A stretch of DNA of 64,000 nucleotides, taken from the IMG/VR virus record IMGVR_UViG_3300037420_001136, positions 1 through 64,000 of that record; one strand, written 5' to 3'. Below the pieces are notes generated by a model that saw only the letters and a program-made list of their open reading frames with translations, had not been told where the DNA came from and did no database searches. A program made the position numbers and the translations under genes. Of this stretch, positions 17,892-27,121 are shown piece after piece. The stretch's first letter is position 1; each line of letters opens with the position of its first letter. This DNA comes from a virus.

Positions 17892-19666
17892 GCATAGAAG
17901 TAATCATTGAGTCAGACGAGAAGAAGGGTTGGATAGACGGGCACATTCCTCCGCACGTCTTCAACGCTCTCTCAGAGCTTCCGGGCCGCAAGCGGTACGT
18001 ACAGGGCAAGCCCTTCATTGAGCTCTCGAGGAGCAACCTAGAGTTCCTCGACACGCGTCTAAACGTGCAGTGGCGCGGGCCTGCGGCAAACCTCGTCGAA
18101 GAGTTCAAGAAGATGCGCGAGGTTGAGAAGGCTACTCGCGACGCTAGGTTTCTTACTCCCACTGACTTCGGCTTCCCCTACAAGCATCAGCCTTACGAAC
18201 ATCAGCTCCAGTGTAATGTTCTCGCCAGAGGGAAGGTTGCCTTCGGTTACTTCATGGAACAGGGTACCGGAAAGACTAAGGCTCTGCTGGACGACGCTGC
18301 CGACATCTTTCTCAACGGAGGAGATAACGGCAAGATAGACACTTTGATCATCATCGCACCGAACGGAGTCCACGCGCAGTGGGTGAATGAGCAAGTACCT
18401 GAGCATTTAAGCCCCTCTGTGCCGTGGGCCGGTGGGTACACGGTGGCAAACCCCACGCCTGCGGAAGCTCTCAGACTAAGCAAAGCAAAGCTCTTTAGGC
18501 AGGGTCTCAGGATCATTGCCATTCATATCGACATGCTGAGTCACAAGAGCGGAGAAGAGATGCTGCAAGAGCTACTTCTCTCCTCGAAGGCCATGCTCGT
18601 CGTAGACGAGAGCAGCCGGATTAAAGACGGTACCTCAAAGCGTACTCAGAATCTCCTGAACCTTGGCAAGCTGGCGAAGTATCGCCGAATTCTCACTGGA
18701 ACGCCAATCTCGCAGGGTGTTGAAGATCTCTACACTCAGTTCTTCTTCCTCGACAAGAATATCCTCGGCTACGATAGTTTCTACGCATTCCGCAATCACT
18801 TCTGTCGTCTTCAGCAGATCGAGGTCGGCAAACCCGACGCCAAGGGTAAGAAGCGCAGATTCTCGAAGATCGTCGGCTACATCAACGAGGACGAGCTGAA
18901 GAGAAAGATCGACTCCTACAGCTTCAGAGTTCTCAAGTCCGAGTGTCTCGATTTACCGGAGAAGAACTTCATTCGGCAGGAGGTTCTCCTGACGCCGGAG
19001 CAGAAGGAACTCTACGCCAAGATGAAGAAGGAATTCTTCGTCGATCTAGAGGCTGGGCTCCTGACAGCTCGCATGGCGGTGACTCGTCTCATCCGTCTAC
19101 AACAGATCATCAGCGGCTTCGTCTGGAAGCATCCCAAGAAGGATCCTGAGACTGGAAGGATTATCGAGCCAGAAGTGTATCAGGAGTTCCCCACGAATCG
19201 CGTTGATCGCGCGATAGACATCATTCAAGAGGCTCAGGGTAAAGTCATCGTCTGGGTTAAGTTCCAGGGTGACTGGCGTATTCTCACAAAGGCGCTGAAC
19301 GCAGCTAAGATTGGATGGGTGGACTATGTCGGAACCACACCTCAGCAAGATCGCCAAGGGAATATTGATCGCTTTCGGAATGATCCCAACGTCAAAGTAT
19401 TTATCAGCTCCCCAAAGTCAGGTGGTACTGGACTCAATCTCACCGTGGCCTCCGAGGTCATCTGGTTCAGTCGTGACTTCTCACTTGAGGCAGAGCTCCA
19501 GGCCAACGATAGATGTCACCGTATCGGGCAGCACAACGTCGTCAACTATCACTATCTCATAGCGCCGAAGACGGTGGACGATCGCATTGACGCAGTTCTG
19601 AAGGCTAAGAAGTCTATCGCCGAGAATATCATAGACATAAGGGATCTCTTCGCAGATGACGAGTAA
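17888..19666 (+). CDS. SNF2-family (SF2) helicase
   Basis: MEQGTGKT, VVDESS, ILTGTP, GGTGLNL, QANDRCHRIGQ; GTG start coupled to the upstream TGA. Confidence 0.92.
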   Translation: MSIEVIIESDEKKGWIDGHIPPHVFNALSELPGRKRYVQGKPFIELSRSNLEFLDTRLNVQWRGPAANLVEEFKKMREVEKATRDARFLTPTDFGFPYKHQPYEHQLQCNVLARGKVAFGYFMEQGTGKTKALLDDAADIFLNGGDNGKIDTLIIIAPNGVHAQWVNEQVPEHLSPSVPWAGGYTVANPTPAEALRLSKAKLFRQGLRIIAIHIDMLSHKSGEEMLQELLLSSKAMLVVDESSRIKDGTSKRTQNLLNLGKLAKYRRILTGTPISQGVEDLYTQFFFLDKNILGYDSFYAFRNHFCRLQQIEVGKPDAKGKKRRFSKIVGYINEDELKRKIDSYSFRVLKSECLDLPEKNFIRQEVLLTPEQKELYAKMKKEFFVDLEAGLLTARMAVTRLIRLQQIISGFVWKHPKKDPETGRIIEPEVYQEFPTNRVDRAIDIIQEAQGKVIVWVKFQGDWRILTKALNAAKIGWVDYVGTTPQQDRQGNIDRFRNDPNVKVFISSPKSGGTGLNLTVASEVIWFSRDFSLEAELQANDRCHRIGQHNVVNYHYLIAPKTVDDRIDAVLKAKKSIAENIIDIRDLFADDE

Positions 19667-20012
19667 AGTATATGTGCTTCAGGCAACCCGCCATCAGGCT
19701 GACGTTAGTCCCGCAGCCGTGTATGGACAGATTCAATTCGTGCTCTCCGCAGGAGATCGCACTTGCTCTAACCCAGAGCTATCTATGGATCGTCTACGCA
19801 GGGCTTTATCCGACTTTGACCCTCTCCACGACTTTATTGTCTGGGCTGGGGGAGATCCTCTCAGTGCAATCGTAGCCGGTATGGTCATGCTTGACCTAGG
19901 CATCCGAAAGTTTCGCTACTTGCGCTTTGAGAAAAACCACCATACAAAACCGGGAGAACCTGTGACTGGGTTCTATTCTCCTGTAGAAGTAAGGCTAGAA
20001 GAGGACGAGTGA
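19656..20012 (+). CDS. Hypothetical protein
   Basis: 118 aa, overlap-coupled between the helicase and the next gene. Confidence 0.6.
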   Translation: MTSKVYVLQATRHQADVSPAAVYGQIQFVLSAGDRTCSNPELSMDRLRRALSDFDPLHDFIVWAGGDPLSAIVAGMVMLDLGIRKFRYLRFEKNHHTKPGEPVTGFYSPVEVRLEEDE

Positions 20013-20572
20013 TGCAAGACGCAGCCCCCGACGACGATGTTGACTTCTTCGAGGAAGCCGACTCAGGTACTGGTTCCGAGCGATTCAAGGCGCACATTAC
20101 TAATCTCGCGCGCGAGCATCGTCAGATCGAGGGCGAGATCATGGAACTCCAGAACAAGATCAAGGAGCTCGGTAAACGCAAGACGGAGATCGAAACTCGC
20201 AAGCTTCCGCAGCTTCTCCAGCAGGCGGGCGTCAGGGAGATCACCACGCTGGAGGGTCTCAAGGTCTCCACCAAGTTCGTCGTAGGTGCCATTCCGGCTG
20301 AGTCCAAGGAGAAGGCTTACGAATGGCTCGACGAGCATGGTCACAGCGACATTATCAAGCGCACTCTAGCTCTTCAGTTCCAGAAGGGAGACACCCAGCA
20401 GGCCGAGGCGGCGAAAGAAGCTCTCGTCAAGCTCGGGTTTGATCCCTCCACGAAGTTGGATATTCACCCCCAAACCTTCATGGCGTTCGCGCGAGAGCAG
20501 ATTACCAACGGCAGGATGCTCCCGTTAGATCAGTGGGGAGTCTTCTTCGGCGACAAGGCCGTCATTAAGTAA
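20009..20572 (+). CDS. Conserved phage replication-module protein (coiled-coil N-terminus)
   Basis: AYEWLDEHGHSDIIK and IHPQT..AF.RE motifs seen in genes preceding phage SSBs. Confidence 0.6.
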   Translation: MMQDAAPDDDVDFFEEADSGTGSERFKAHITNLAREHRQIEGEIMELQNKIKELGKRKTEIETRKLPQLLQQAGVREITTLEGLKVSTKFVVGAIPAESKEKAYEWLDEHGHSDIIKRTLALQFQKGDTQQAEAAKEALVKLGFDPSTKLDIHPQTFMAFAREQITNGRMLPLDQWGVFFGDKAVIK

Positions 20573-20592
20573 CTTTCTTGAACAAAATATCC

Positions 20593-20621
20593 CTTGCGTT
20601 GTGAGCAACGGTGTTTATAGT
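20593..20621 (+). promoter_or_regulatory. Phage promoter motif copy 2
   Basis: CTTG-cgttgt-GAGC-aacggtgtt-TATAGT (spacer 1 nt shorter than the others). Confidence 0.7.
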
Positions 20622-20661
20622 TGAGCGTCTGGCGGTAAGCCAGTGACCAGAGGAGAGCCTA

Positions 20662-21534
20662 ATGGCTGAAACGAAAGATAAGGCAAAACCGAAAGCGGAC
20701 GAGACGGATACCAAGGCTGGCGGTACCGAACTCGCGACAAGGCAGGAATCCACAGATCTCGCAGCGGCGGACGACGACTTCTTCGCCGACGCTGGCGCAG
20801 GGCTGAGCGACTTCCAGCAGACGGACTTCCTGATCCCTTATGTGCGGATCATTCAGGCGTTGTCCAAGGAGCTTCAGCGTAATCACGCGAAGTTTCTCGA
20901 AGGCGCTCAGCAGGGCATGTTCGTCAATTCCGCGACGCGCAAGACGTACAGCGGCGAGAAGGGTTTTCTCGCTGTTCCGGTTGGGTTCAGCCATCGCTAC
21001 ATGGCGTGGCGACCGAACAACGCAGGACCCGCGTACGACATGGGGGACGACCCGTCGGTCTACAACTCCATCACTCCACTTCCGGAGGGTGACAAGAACG
21101 CGGGCAAGCGTTTTGACCAGCAGGGTAACGAGGTGACGGACTCGCTCCAGTACTTCATCCTTCTCGTCAATCCCGAGACGCAGGAGTGGGAAGCCGCGGT
21201 GCTTAACTTCTCCGGCGTGCAGGCTCGCAAGGGCCGCGGATGGGCCACCACCATCAACAATCGGATGGAGCGTCACCCGCAGACGCAGCAGCTCTTCCGG
21301 CCTGCGATGTGGTTCTATTCGTACAAGATTACCACCGTGCCCGAGTCTAACGACAAGGGTTCGTGGTATGGCTTCCTCATCGAGGAGGGGCCGAAGGTGA
21401 AGGATCTCCCGAACGGAAAAGAGATCTTTCGCGCCGCGAGCGAGCTGCGTAAGCGGGTCGACGCCGGCGAGGTGAAGGGTGCTGTCGACGATGAGCGCGA
21501 CGACGCCAATCCCGGAGAAGAAAAGGCGTTCTAA
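20662..21534 (+). CDS. Putative ssDNA-binding/annealing protein
   Basis: DAGAG...D..IP...IIQALS and ESNDKGSWYG motifs; acidic C-terminal tail ending in F. Confidence 0.65.
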   Translation: MAETKDKAKPKADETDTKAGGTELATRQESTDLAAADDDFFADAGAGLSDFQQTDFLIPYVRIIQALSKELQRNHAKFLEGAQQGMFVNSATRKTYSGEKGFLAVPVGFSHRYMAWRPNNAGPAYDMGDDPSVYNSITPLPEGDKNAGKRFDQQGNEVTDSLQYFILLVNPETQEWEAAVLNFSGVQARKGRGWATTINNRMERHPQTQQLFRPAMWFYSYKITTVPESNDKGSWYGFLIEEGPKVKDLPNGKEIFRAASELRKRVDAGEVKGAVDDERDDANPGEEKAF

Positions 21535-21571
21535 TTCCAGACGCCACTAGAAAGGAGTGCAAGAAGTTATC

Positions 21572-22231
21572 ATGGCAACGAAACTCGATACCGAAAAGCG
21601 TCTGTGGGTCGGCCCCACGGCGGTTCGTGCTGGCTCGGTCGTGGACGCAATTCGCTCCGCCGCGAATGATCTCGGCGGCGCTCCGGGAGGCGAGGGTGTC
21701 GCCTACTCGGACCTGGAGAAGCATCTCCTGGAGAACTTCCAGCCCAAGAAGTCGCAGGGCTACGGCCCCTCGTACATTCGGGCCTACGTTCGCGACGCCG
21801 TTCAGCGCTACGGTCATCTCACCAACGACCCCGAGAAGGCGGCCGAGTACAACTCGATCGCCGCGCCGGAGCCGAAGGCCAAGGAGCCCAAGCCCAAGAA
21901 GATGACCAAGGCGCAGCAGGCCGAAATCGACGCGCTGAACTTCATCCGTACGCGCGGTGAAGTCGCGGACGCCGGCGATCTGGACAACACCCAGATCACC
22001 ATCAAGGACTTCGTGACCGAGACGGGCAAGAAGTCCAAGACGGTGCAGAACCAGATCGAGAAGCTCGAGAAGGACGGCCTCGTCCGCACCGAGTCTCGCG
22101 GCGAGGGCGGCGACGAAGCGACCTACGTCTTCCTTACGCAGGCCGGTCTGAGCCGTCTGCAAGAAGTCGAGTCGCAGGCGACTGGCGAGCCGACGACCGC
22201 GACGGGAAGCGACGGCGGTCTGGCCGAATAA
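21572..22231 (+). CDS. Putative DNA-binding protein with a C-terminal winged HTH
   Basis: TIKDFVTETGKKSKTVQNQIEKLEKDGLV...YVFLTQAG (MarR-like wHTH); Lys/Pro linker; start may be GTG 21557. Confidence 0.6.
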   Translation: MATKLDTEKRLWVGPTAVRAGSVVDAIRSAANDLGGAPGGEGVAYSDLEKHLLENFQPKKSQGYGPSYIRAYVRDAVQRYGHLTNDPEKAAEYNSIAAPEPKAKEPKPKKMTKAQQAEIDALNFIRTRGEVADAGDLDNTQITIKDFVTETGKKSKTVQNQIEKLEKDGLVRTESRGEGGDEATYVFLTQAGLSRLQEVESQATGEPTTATGSDGGLAE

Positions 22232-22255
22232 GCCCGACTCCGTTCCTGTCACCAG

Positions 22256-22294
22256 AGAAGGGCGGGTGTCGGTAAGGCACTCGCCCTTCTTTCT
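22256..22294 (+). terminator. Rho-independent terminator
   Basis: AGAAGGGCGGGTGTC / GGCACTCGCCCTTCT stem (with G-U pairs) followed by TTCT. Confidence 0.65.
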
Positions 22295-22314
22295 GCCCGA
22301 GGCGGAGAAGAGCT

Positions 22315-23208
22315 GTGAACCAAGAGAACTACGAGACATTCGTTCATTATCTTAATGAGCGCGAGTTAATTCGGCAGAAGCGCGCTCGCGGAGAGCCGGG
22401 ACCCTGGACGGGAGACCCCATTCTCAGCCGCTACAAGTTCACCAACATCTTGCGGATCTACGATCGCACGACGCAGTGGCTCGTCAAACACTGGTACAAT
22501 CCGCGGCGAGGCAATACGTCAAAACAGATTCTGGCGCTCAACTGCGCCATCGCCCGCTACTTCGGAAGTATCGAGTTTCTGGAGGACGTCGGCTTCCAAG
22601 ACTCGTGGGATCCTGACTTCCTAATTCGTCGCGCCTCCGAGCGTCTCCGCAATCACCAGAAGGTCTTCACAGGCGCGTACATCATCACGAACGCTGGGAG
22701 CACAGACCCGAAGCAAAACGTCGTGGTGTCGCAGTTCCTGACGCCGTACCGTATGAATCTTGATAAGATCGTACGTCTGGCCGAGAATCACAATTCGTGG
22801 AAGGTCGTCTGCGAGTTTCTCCAGACGCTACCGGGAATCGGTGCCTTCATGGCGAAGGAGATTGCACTGGACATGCTGCTGACTCCGGTGCTGGAGCATG
22901 CGACCGACAAGCTAACGTGGTCGCCGGCCGGACCCGGAGCCATCCGTGGTCTCAACCGTCTGCACGATCGTCCCTTGCAGAAGGGGCTGACGCAGGCTCA
23001 GGCTCAGCACGAGATGCAGGCGCTCCTCGTCAAGCTCTCAGCAGATCGCGCGTTCGAGGACTACATGCCCGAGATTGGCGTTAAGTTCGGCGTCACGGAC
23101 GTTCAGTTCTGTCTCTGCGAGTTGGACAAGTATCTCCGTGTGAAGAACGGAGAGGGTCGGCCACGCTCGGGATACGACTATCGCAAGGCAAAACCACTGG
23201 TCTTTTGA
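22315..23208 (+). CDS. 5-hydroxymethyluracil DNA kinase (5-HMUDK; formerly aGPT-Pplase1 family)
   Basis: Y..ERE.IR..R..G.PGPWT.DPIL..YKFTNI.R.YDRTT, FTGAY, PG.G.FMA.EI..D, GPGA.RGL.RL and Q..LCE.DKY.R motifs. Confidence 0.85.
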   Translation: MNQENYETFVHYLNERELIRQKRARGEPGPWTGDPILSRYKFTNILRIYDRTTQWLVKHWYNPRRGNTSKQILALNCAIARYFGSIEFLEDVGFQDSWDPDFLIRRASERLRNHQKVFTGAYIITNAGSTDPKQNVVVSQFLTPYRMNLDKIVRLAENHNSWKVVCEFLQTLPGIGAFMAKEIALDMLLTPVLEHATDKLTWSPAGPGAIRGLNRLHDRPLQKGLTQAQAQHEMQALLVKLSADRAFEDYMPEIGVKFGVTDVQFCLCELDKYLRVKNGEGRPRSGYDYRKAKPLVF

Positions 23209-23234
23209 GACACCCTGCGCTAAAAGGAAGTGGC

Positions 23235-23492
23235 ATGAGAGAGCCTCCACGCAAGCTTGATATAGCCGACGTCGGAACTAATCCCGACGTCACGAATGTT
23301 CGCTTGTATCTCAACGGAGTTCAGCAGACGAGAGTCCTGCGATACGATATGGACGAGGGGTGGCTAGTTCGACATCGCATGAAGGACGACAAGCCAGTAC
23401 TTCGCGGCGACGAGTGGCTCACCGAGCGCATCCGGTTCGAGGAAGGGGAACTCGTCGTCAAGTGGTTTGACGAGAGCAGAGTTCAAGACTAG
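23235..23492 (+). CDS. Hypothetical protein
   Basis: ATG 23235 behind AAGGAAG; small beta protein inside the modification cluster. Confidence 0.55.
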   Translation: MREPPRKLDIADVGTNPDVTNVRLYLNGVQQTRVLRYDMDEGWLVRHRMKDDKPVLRGDEWLTERIRFEEGELVVKWFDESRVQD

Positions 23493-23512
23493 AAAGGCTG
23501 AGAATCGGCAGG

Positions 23513-23725
23513 ATGGCTGACTCTGACAAGCTGGATCTTCCCGACTTCGCAGCTGCGAGAATGTTCGTAGTTGTTCGTGTGGGGAAGAACGTAGGAACTA
23601 TCGACATAGTCCTTGACAAGTTGCTCTGTAACATCAAGACTCGCGAAGAATTTGAGAAGAGAGCAAAACAACTCGGACTTCACTTCAACGAGGATTTCAC
23701 AACCCTGCCGATACGGAAAGACTGA
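23513..23725 (+). CDS. Hypothetical protein
   Basis: 70 aa ORF in operon order. Confidence 0.5.
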   Translation: MADSDKLDLPDFAAARMFVVVRVGKNVGTIDIVLDKLLCNIKTREEFEKRAKQLGLHFNEDFTTLPIRKD

Positions 23726-23727
23726 GA

Positions 23728-23934
23728 ATGCAGATTCGCTATAGATTTGGTCGTCTGCTCGACGTAATTCGCAATTCTATCTGGGCGAGGAACCAGGAAA
23801 GAATCTGGAGAACCAAGGCCTCTGTCGATCAACTCAACCAGATAATTGATCGTCTCGAGATGGGCGTCTCAACACCAGATCAAAGAGCCGCACTTAATCT
23901 AGCTAGAATGCTTCGCAAGAGACTAGGAGCCTAG
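23728..23934 (+). CDS. Hypothetical protein
   Basis: 68 aa basic ORF in operon order. Confidence 0.5.
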   Translation: MQIRYRFGRLLDVIRNSIWARNQERIWRTKASVDQLNQIIDRLEMGVSTPDQRAALNLARMLRKRLGA

Positions 23935-23937
23935 AAT

Positions 23938-24753
23938 ATGCAGATCTACATACCGACGCGTGACCGCGTCAATGCTCAGTTTACGTGGGATAATCTGACG
24001 TCAGCCCTCCGCGGTGTTACCACCTTGGTATGCCCACCGGAGGAGGTCGAGGCCCATCGAGCTGCTCGTCGAACAGCGGTGGCGCGGCCCCCTGTGCGGT
24101 TGGCCGCTGTGCGGCAGTGGATTGTCGACAAGCTTGCAAACCCGGACGAGCCTGTGATTATGTTGGACGACGATCTGGCGTTCTTCGTCCGCAAGTCGCC
24201 GGAAGCCCACAATCTGCGTCCGGCTGGCGAGGACGTTGAGTATATCTTCAGGCGTCTCAACGATTTGGTCCGACGTCCGGCGAATGGAGTTGTTCACGCC
24301 GGACTGTCTCCGCGTCAGGGAAATAACTGGGCTTTCCCCGAGACAGAACTCTACATCGAGCGGATGAACGCCGTTCACTGCGTTCTGCCGGAGGCGCTGA
24401 GGCACTACGGAATTCGCTATGACGACGTTGACATGATGGAGGACTACCATGTCGTTCTTTCGCTATTCGAGAAAGGCGAGAAAAACGTCGTTATCACGGA
24501 TGCTGCGTGGGATCAGTGCAAAGGAAGCGGAGCTCCAGGAGGCTTCAGCCACTACCGAACTAGCGAGACTCAGGCGGCGGCGGCTGAGCGCCTTGCGGAA
24601 CTTCATCCGAAGTCGGTCAAAGTCGTAGAGAAGGAACCCAAGACCGGCTCAGGAGGCTTCGCTGGCAAGCGCAAGGACGTCCGCGTTCAGTGGAAGAAGG
24701 CGTACCAGACGCGCGATCCTCAGTTCATCAATCCCAGCTTCCGGAGGTCCTGA
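23938..24753 (+). CDS. GT-A glycosyltransferase (TAGT/GREB1/base-J glucosyltransferase-like)
   Basis: IYIPTR.R, RQWI, IMLDDDL (DxD), EDY...L.L...G, APGG.S.YRT and L..LHP..V....K...R..VQWKKAY motifs. Confidence 0.8.
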   Translation: MQIYIPTRDRVNAQFTWDNLTSALRGVTTLVCPPEEVEAHRAARRTAVARPPVRLAAVRQWIVDKLANPDEPVIMLDDDLAFFVRKSPEAHNLRPAGEDVEYIFRRLNDLVRRPANGVVHAGLSPRQGNNWAFPETELYIERMNAVHCVLPEALRHYGIRYDDVDMMEDYHVVLSLFEKGEKNVVITDAAWDQCKGSGAPGGFSHYRTSETQAAAAERLAELHPKSVKVVEKEPKTGSGGFAGKRKDVRVQWKKAYQTRDPQFINPSFRRS

Positions 24754-24992
24754 TGCGGGACAAGCAGGGAAGGACCTACATCAAACTCACGGAGCTCCGA
24801 GAAGGTGGCTACGTGGTCTGTGACGGCGACTTTCCGTGCATTCCCGCATGGTCTCGGAAGAAGGTCTTCCGCAACGACGTCGGCTTCTTCGTGGAGTGCG
24901 AGACACGCGTTCGTCACTATCTCGAGCCACAGCTTCAGCCAGACGGATCTTTAATCGGCGTGTACCCCGACGGTACTAGAACAGGACTATAG
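24753..24992 (+). CDS. Hypothetical protein
   Basis: ATG overlaps the GT stop (TGATG) behind GGAGG; DGDF.CI motif. Confidence 0.55.
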   Translation: MRDKQGRTYIKLTELREGGYVVCDGDFPCIPAWSRKKVFRNDVGFFVECETRVRHYLEPQLQPDGSLIGVYPDGTRTGL

Positions 24993-26057
24993 ATGTACAG
25001 TTTTGAGATTGATTGTCCCAACGAGGGACTCGGCCGCGTCATGCAGGCGCTCAGGACCGAGGGCATCATCACCGACAGCCGCAACGGCCCCGTCATTCGC
25101 TTTCCCAAGCCGGTGTGCCTGGAGTACCCCAATCCTCGCCGGCGAGTCCTAGATCATCCCGTGCGCGACGCCAACCACTTCTTTCATCTGATCGAGACCA
25201 TGTGGATGTTCGCAGGTCTCAACACGGTCGCCCCGCTTGATCTCTTCAACGAGCAGTTCAAGCAGTACTCCGACGACGGCAAGACCTTCGCGGCACCCTA
25301 CGGCTTTCGCTGGCGGCACCACTTCAAGATGGACCAGCTCCAGTACGTCGTGGACAAGCTTCGCAAGAATCCCGAGGATCGCCGCATCGTCCTTCAGATC
25401 TGGGATCCCGAGGAGTTGAAGAAGCCGAGCGGCAAGGACTTCGCGTGCAACCAGAACATCATGTTCGACACGAGACCTGCCGGACAGGGTTTCACAGGCG
25501 GATACTTCCTCGACATGACGGTGACCAATCGCAGCAACGATTTAATCTACGGCGCGATGGGAAGCAATCTGTTTCACATGTCGATGCTGCATGAGTACAT
25601 CGCGCATCACGCCGGACTAGCGCTCGGCACCTACTATCAGTTCTCAAAGAACATGCACCTGTACCTGGAGAATCCCGTCTCGAAGCGCTGCTGGCAGCGG
25701 ATGGACGAGTTCTCCGAGGGCCTGAAGAATAGGTTCGAATCGCCCGAGCAAGACAGATCTCTGAGCGAGTACGGTCTCACCCTGGGCATGAATCCCCTGA
25801 AGAACTTCGTCAACTCTCACGTCGTGCCTGATTCCGAGGCGGGAACGTATCTGAACAAAGTTGTCAAACCGATCGTCGAGGCATACAAGATCTACAAGCT
25901 GAAGCGACGCATCGGCCTAGACACCCCCATCGAGCTTCGTGTAGATCTGGCTATCGAGATTCTCAACGAGTGCAAGTCCGAGGCTCTCCGCTCCGCCTGC
26001 ATCGGCTGGCTGACGGACAAGGTTCACAAAGCTAAAGAAAAGAGGAAGGCCGCGTAA
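24993..26057 (+). CDS. dUMP hydroxymethylase (thymidylate synthase superfamily)
   Basis: SRNG, RDAN.FFHL.E..WM.AG, YG.RWR..F..DQL, DRR.VLQIWD, KDFAC (catalytic Cys), NRSND..YGAMGSN (Asn consistent with dUMP specificity), NMHLY. Confidence 0.85.
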   Translation: MYSFEIDCPNEGLGRVMQALRTEGIITDSRNGPVIRFPKPVCLEYPNPRRRVLDHPVRDANHFFHLIETMWMFAGLNTVAPLDLFNEQFKQYSDDGKTFAAPYGFRWRHHFKMDQLQYVVDKLRKNPEDRRIVLQIWDPEELKKPSGKDFACNQNIMFDTRPAGQGFTGGYFLDMTVTNRSNDLIYGAMGSNLFHMSMLHEYIAHHAGLALGTYYQFSKNMHLYLENPVSKRCWQRMDEFSEGLKNRFESPEQDRSLSEYGLTLGMNPLKNFVNSHVVPDSEAGTYLNKVVKPIVEAYKIYKLKRRIGLDTPIELRVDLAIEILNECKSEALRSACIGWLTDKVHKAKEKRKAA

Positions 26058-26605
26058 TGGACTTTGTCGAGGCGTGGCGCTCTGGCACCGTCAGGCGCTA
26101 TCACACGATGGAGGCTATCGAGTCTAATCTCGTCAGTCAGCACACTTGGGGAGTCGTTCTTCTCATTCTGATGTTGTGGCCTGACGCGCCTCGTCAGCTT
26201 CTAATCGCCGCCGAGCTCCACGACTTCGGAGAGAAGGCTACGGGCGACATGCCCGGACCTGTGAAGTGGGGTAATCCGGTGCTGGAATCCGAGATGGATC
26301 GGATGGAGCGCGCCCACATGAAGGCTCGTCTCCCCGACACCTTGCTTCAGCTCCTTGAGTCGGTGGACGAGGTTCAGTGGGGCTTGGTCGAGTTATGTGA
26401 TCGCGCGGAGTTCTGCATCAGCATGATTCAGGAGCGCATGCTCGGCAACAAGTTCACCGAGATCTACTACAAGCGGGCGTGGGACAAGATGACCCTCGTG
26501 CTAGAACAGTTCAGAGATCGCTTCCTGGCGATTCCCGGAGTGTTCGACAGCATCGTTGAGATGCGCCGCAACATAGACTCATACTGGAGAGAGGCGAGGA
26601 AGTAG
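26057..26605 (+). CDS. HD-domain deoxynucleotidase (YfbR/DatZ-like)
   Basis: VRRYHT, VSQHTWGV, LHDFGE..TGDMP and CDRAE motifs. Confidence 0.8.
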   Translation: MDFVEAWRSGTVRRYHTMEAIESNLVSQHTWGVVLLILMLWPDAPRQLLIAAELHDFGEKATGDMPGPVKWGNPVLESEMDRMERAHMKARLPDTLLQLLESVDEVQWGLVELCDRAEFCISMIQERMLGNKFTEIYYKRAWDKMTLVLEQFRDRFLAIPGVFDSIVEMRRNIDSYWREARK

Positions 26606-26607
26606 AC

Positions 26608-27120
26608 ATGGGACATTATGACAACTGCCGTCCTGGGAACTGTGTTCGCTGCGGACAATCCGGGGGATACTGCGATTGCACTCGGGCTGACGCAACTCTC
26701 ATAAATCCCGACCCCGACAAGAAGCTTTCAGCCAACGAAATTCAGCACGGCGGATCTCACTACAAGGGCGCGAAGTTCCAGCACTGGGACTTGATCGCCA
26801 AGAACAAGATCGGCTATCTGGAGGGCTGTGCCTCCAAGTATGCCTCGCGCTGGCGCAAGAAGAATGGTCTGGAAGACTTGCAGAAGGGGGTCCACTACTG
26901 CGACAAGATTCTGGAAGTCATAGCAGAGTACGACTACAAGCCGACGGGTCGTGCACCCTACAGCGATCTCCAGATGTTCTTCGACCAGAACGACATTACT
27001 GACCGGGATGAACAGCTTGCGATCTCACATCTGTGCACGTGGGACTCGACCCTGTGCATCCAGCTAGCTCGCAAGCACATGGTCTTGTTGCTCGAGAAGG
27101 CTCAGGCGCTGGCGGCTTAA
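26608..27120 (+). CDS. DUF3310 protein (T7 gp1.7-like putative nucleotide kinase) with N-terminal Cys cluster
   Basis: ANEIQHGGSHYK...QHWD, YLEG...KY..RW.KKNG.EDL.K..HY; N-terminal CxxxxCxxCxxxxxxCxC. Confidence 0.7.
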   Translation: MGHYDNCRPGNCVRCGQSGGYCDCTRADATLINPDPDKKLSANEIQHGGSHYKGAKFQHWDLIAKNKIGYLEGCASKYASRWRKKNGLEDLQKGVHYCDKILEVIAEYDYKPTGRAPYSDLQMFFDQNDITDRDEQLAISHLCTWDSTLCIQLARKHMVLLLEKAQALAA

Positions 27121-27121
27121 C

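Noticed and set aside
24993-26057. Ordinary thymidylate synthase or dCMP hydroxymethylase
   Set aside because: It has the one-residue-longer RSND..YGAMGSN motif of phage dUMP hydroxymethylases, with Asn rather than Asp at the specificity site, and is clustered with a 5-hmdU DNA kinase.
26057-26605. DatZ-like HD enzyme as a sign of a 2-aminoadenine (Z) genome
   Set aside because: No PurZ or MazZ seen; the neighbours are hmdU-pathway genes.
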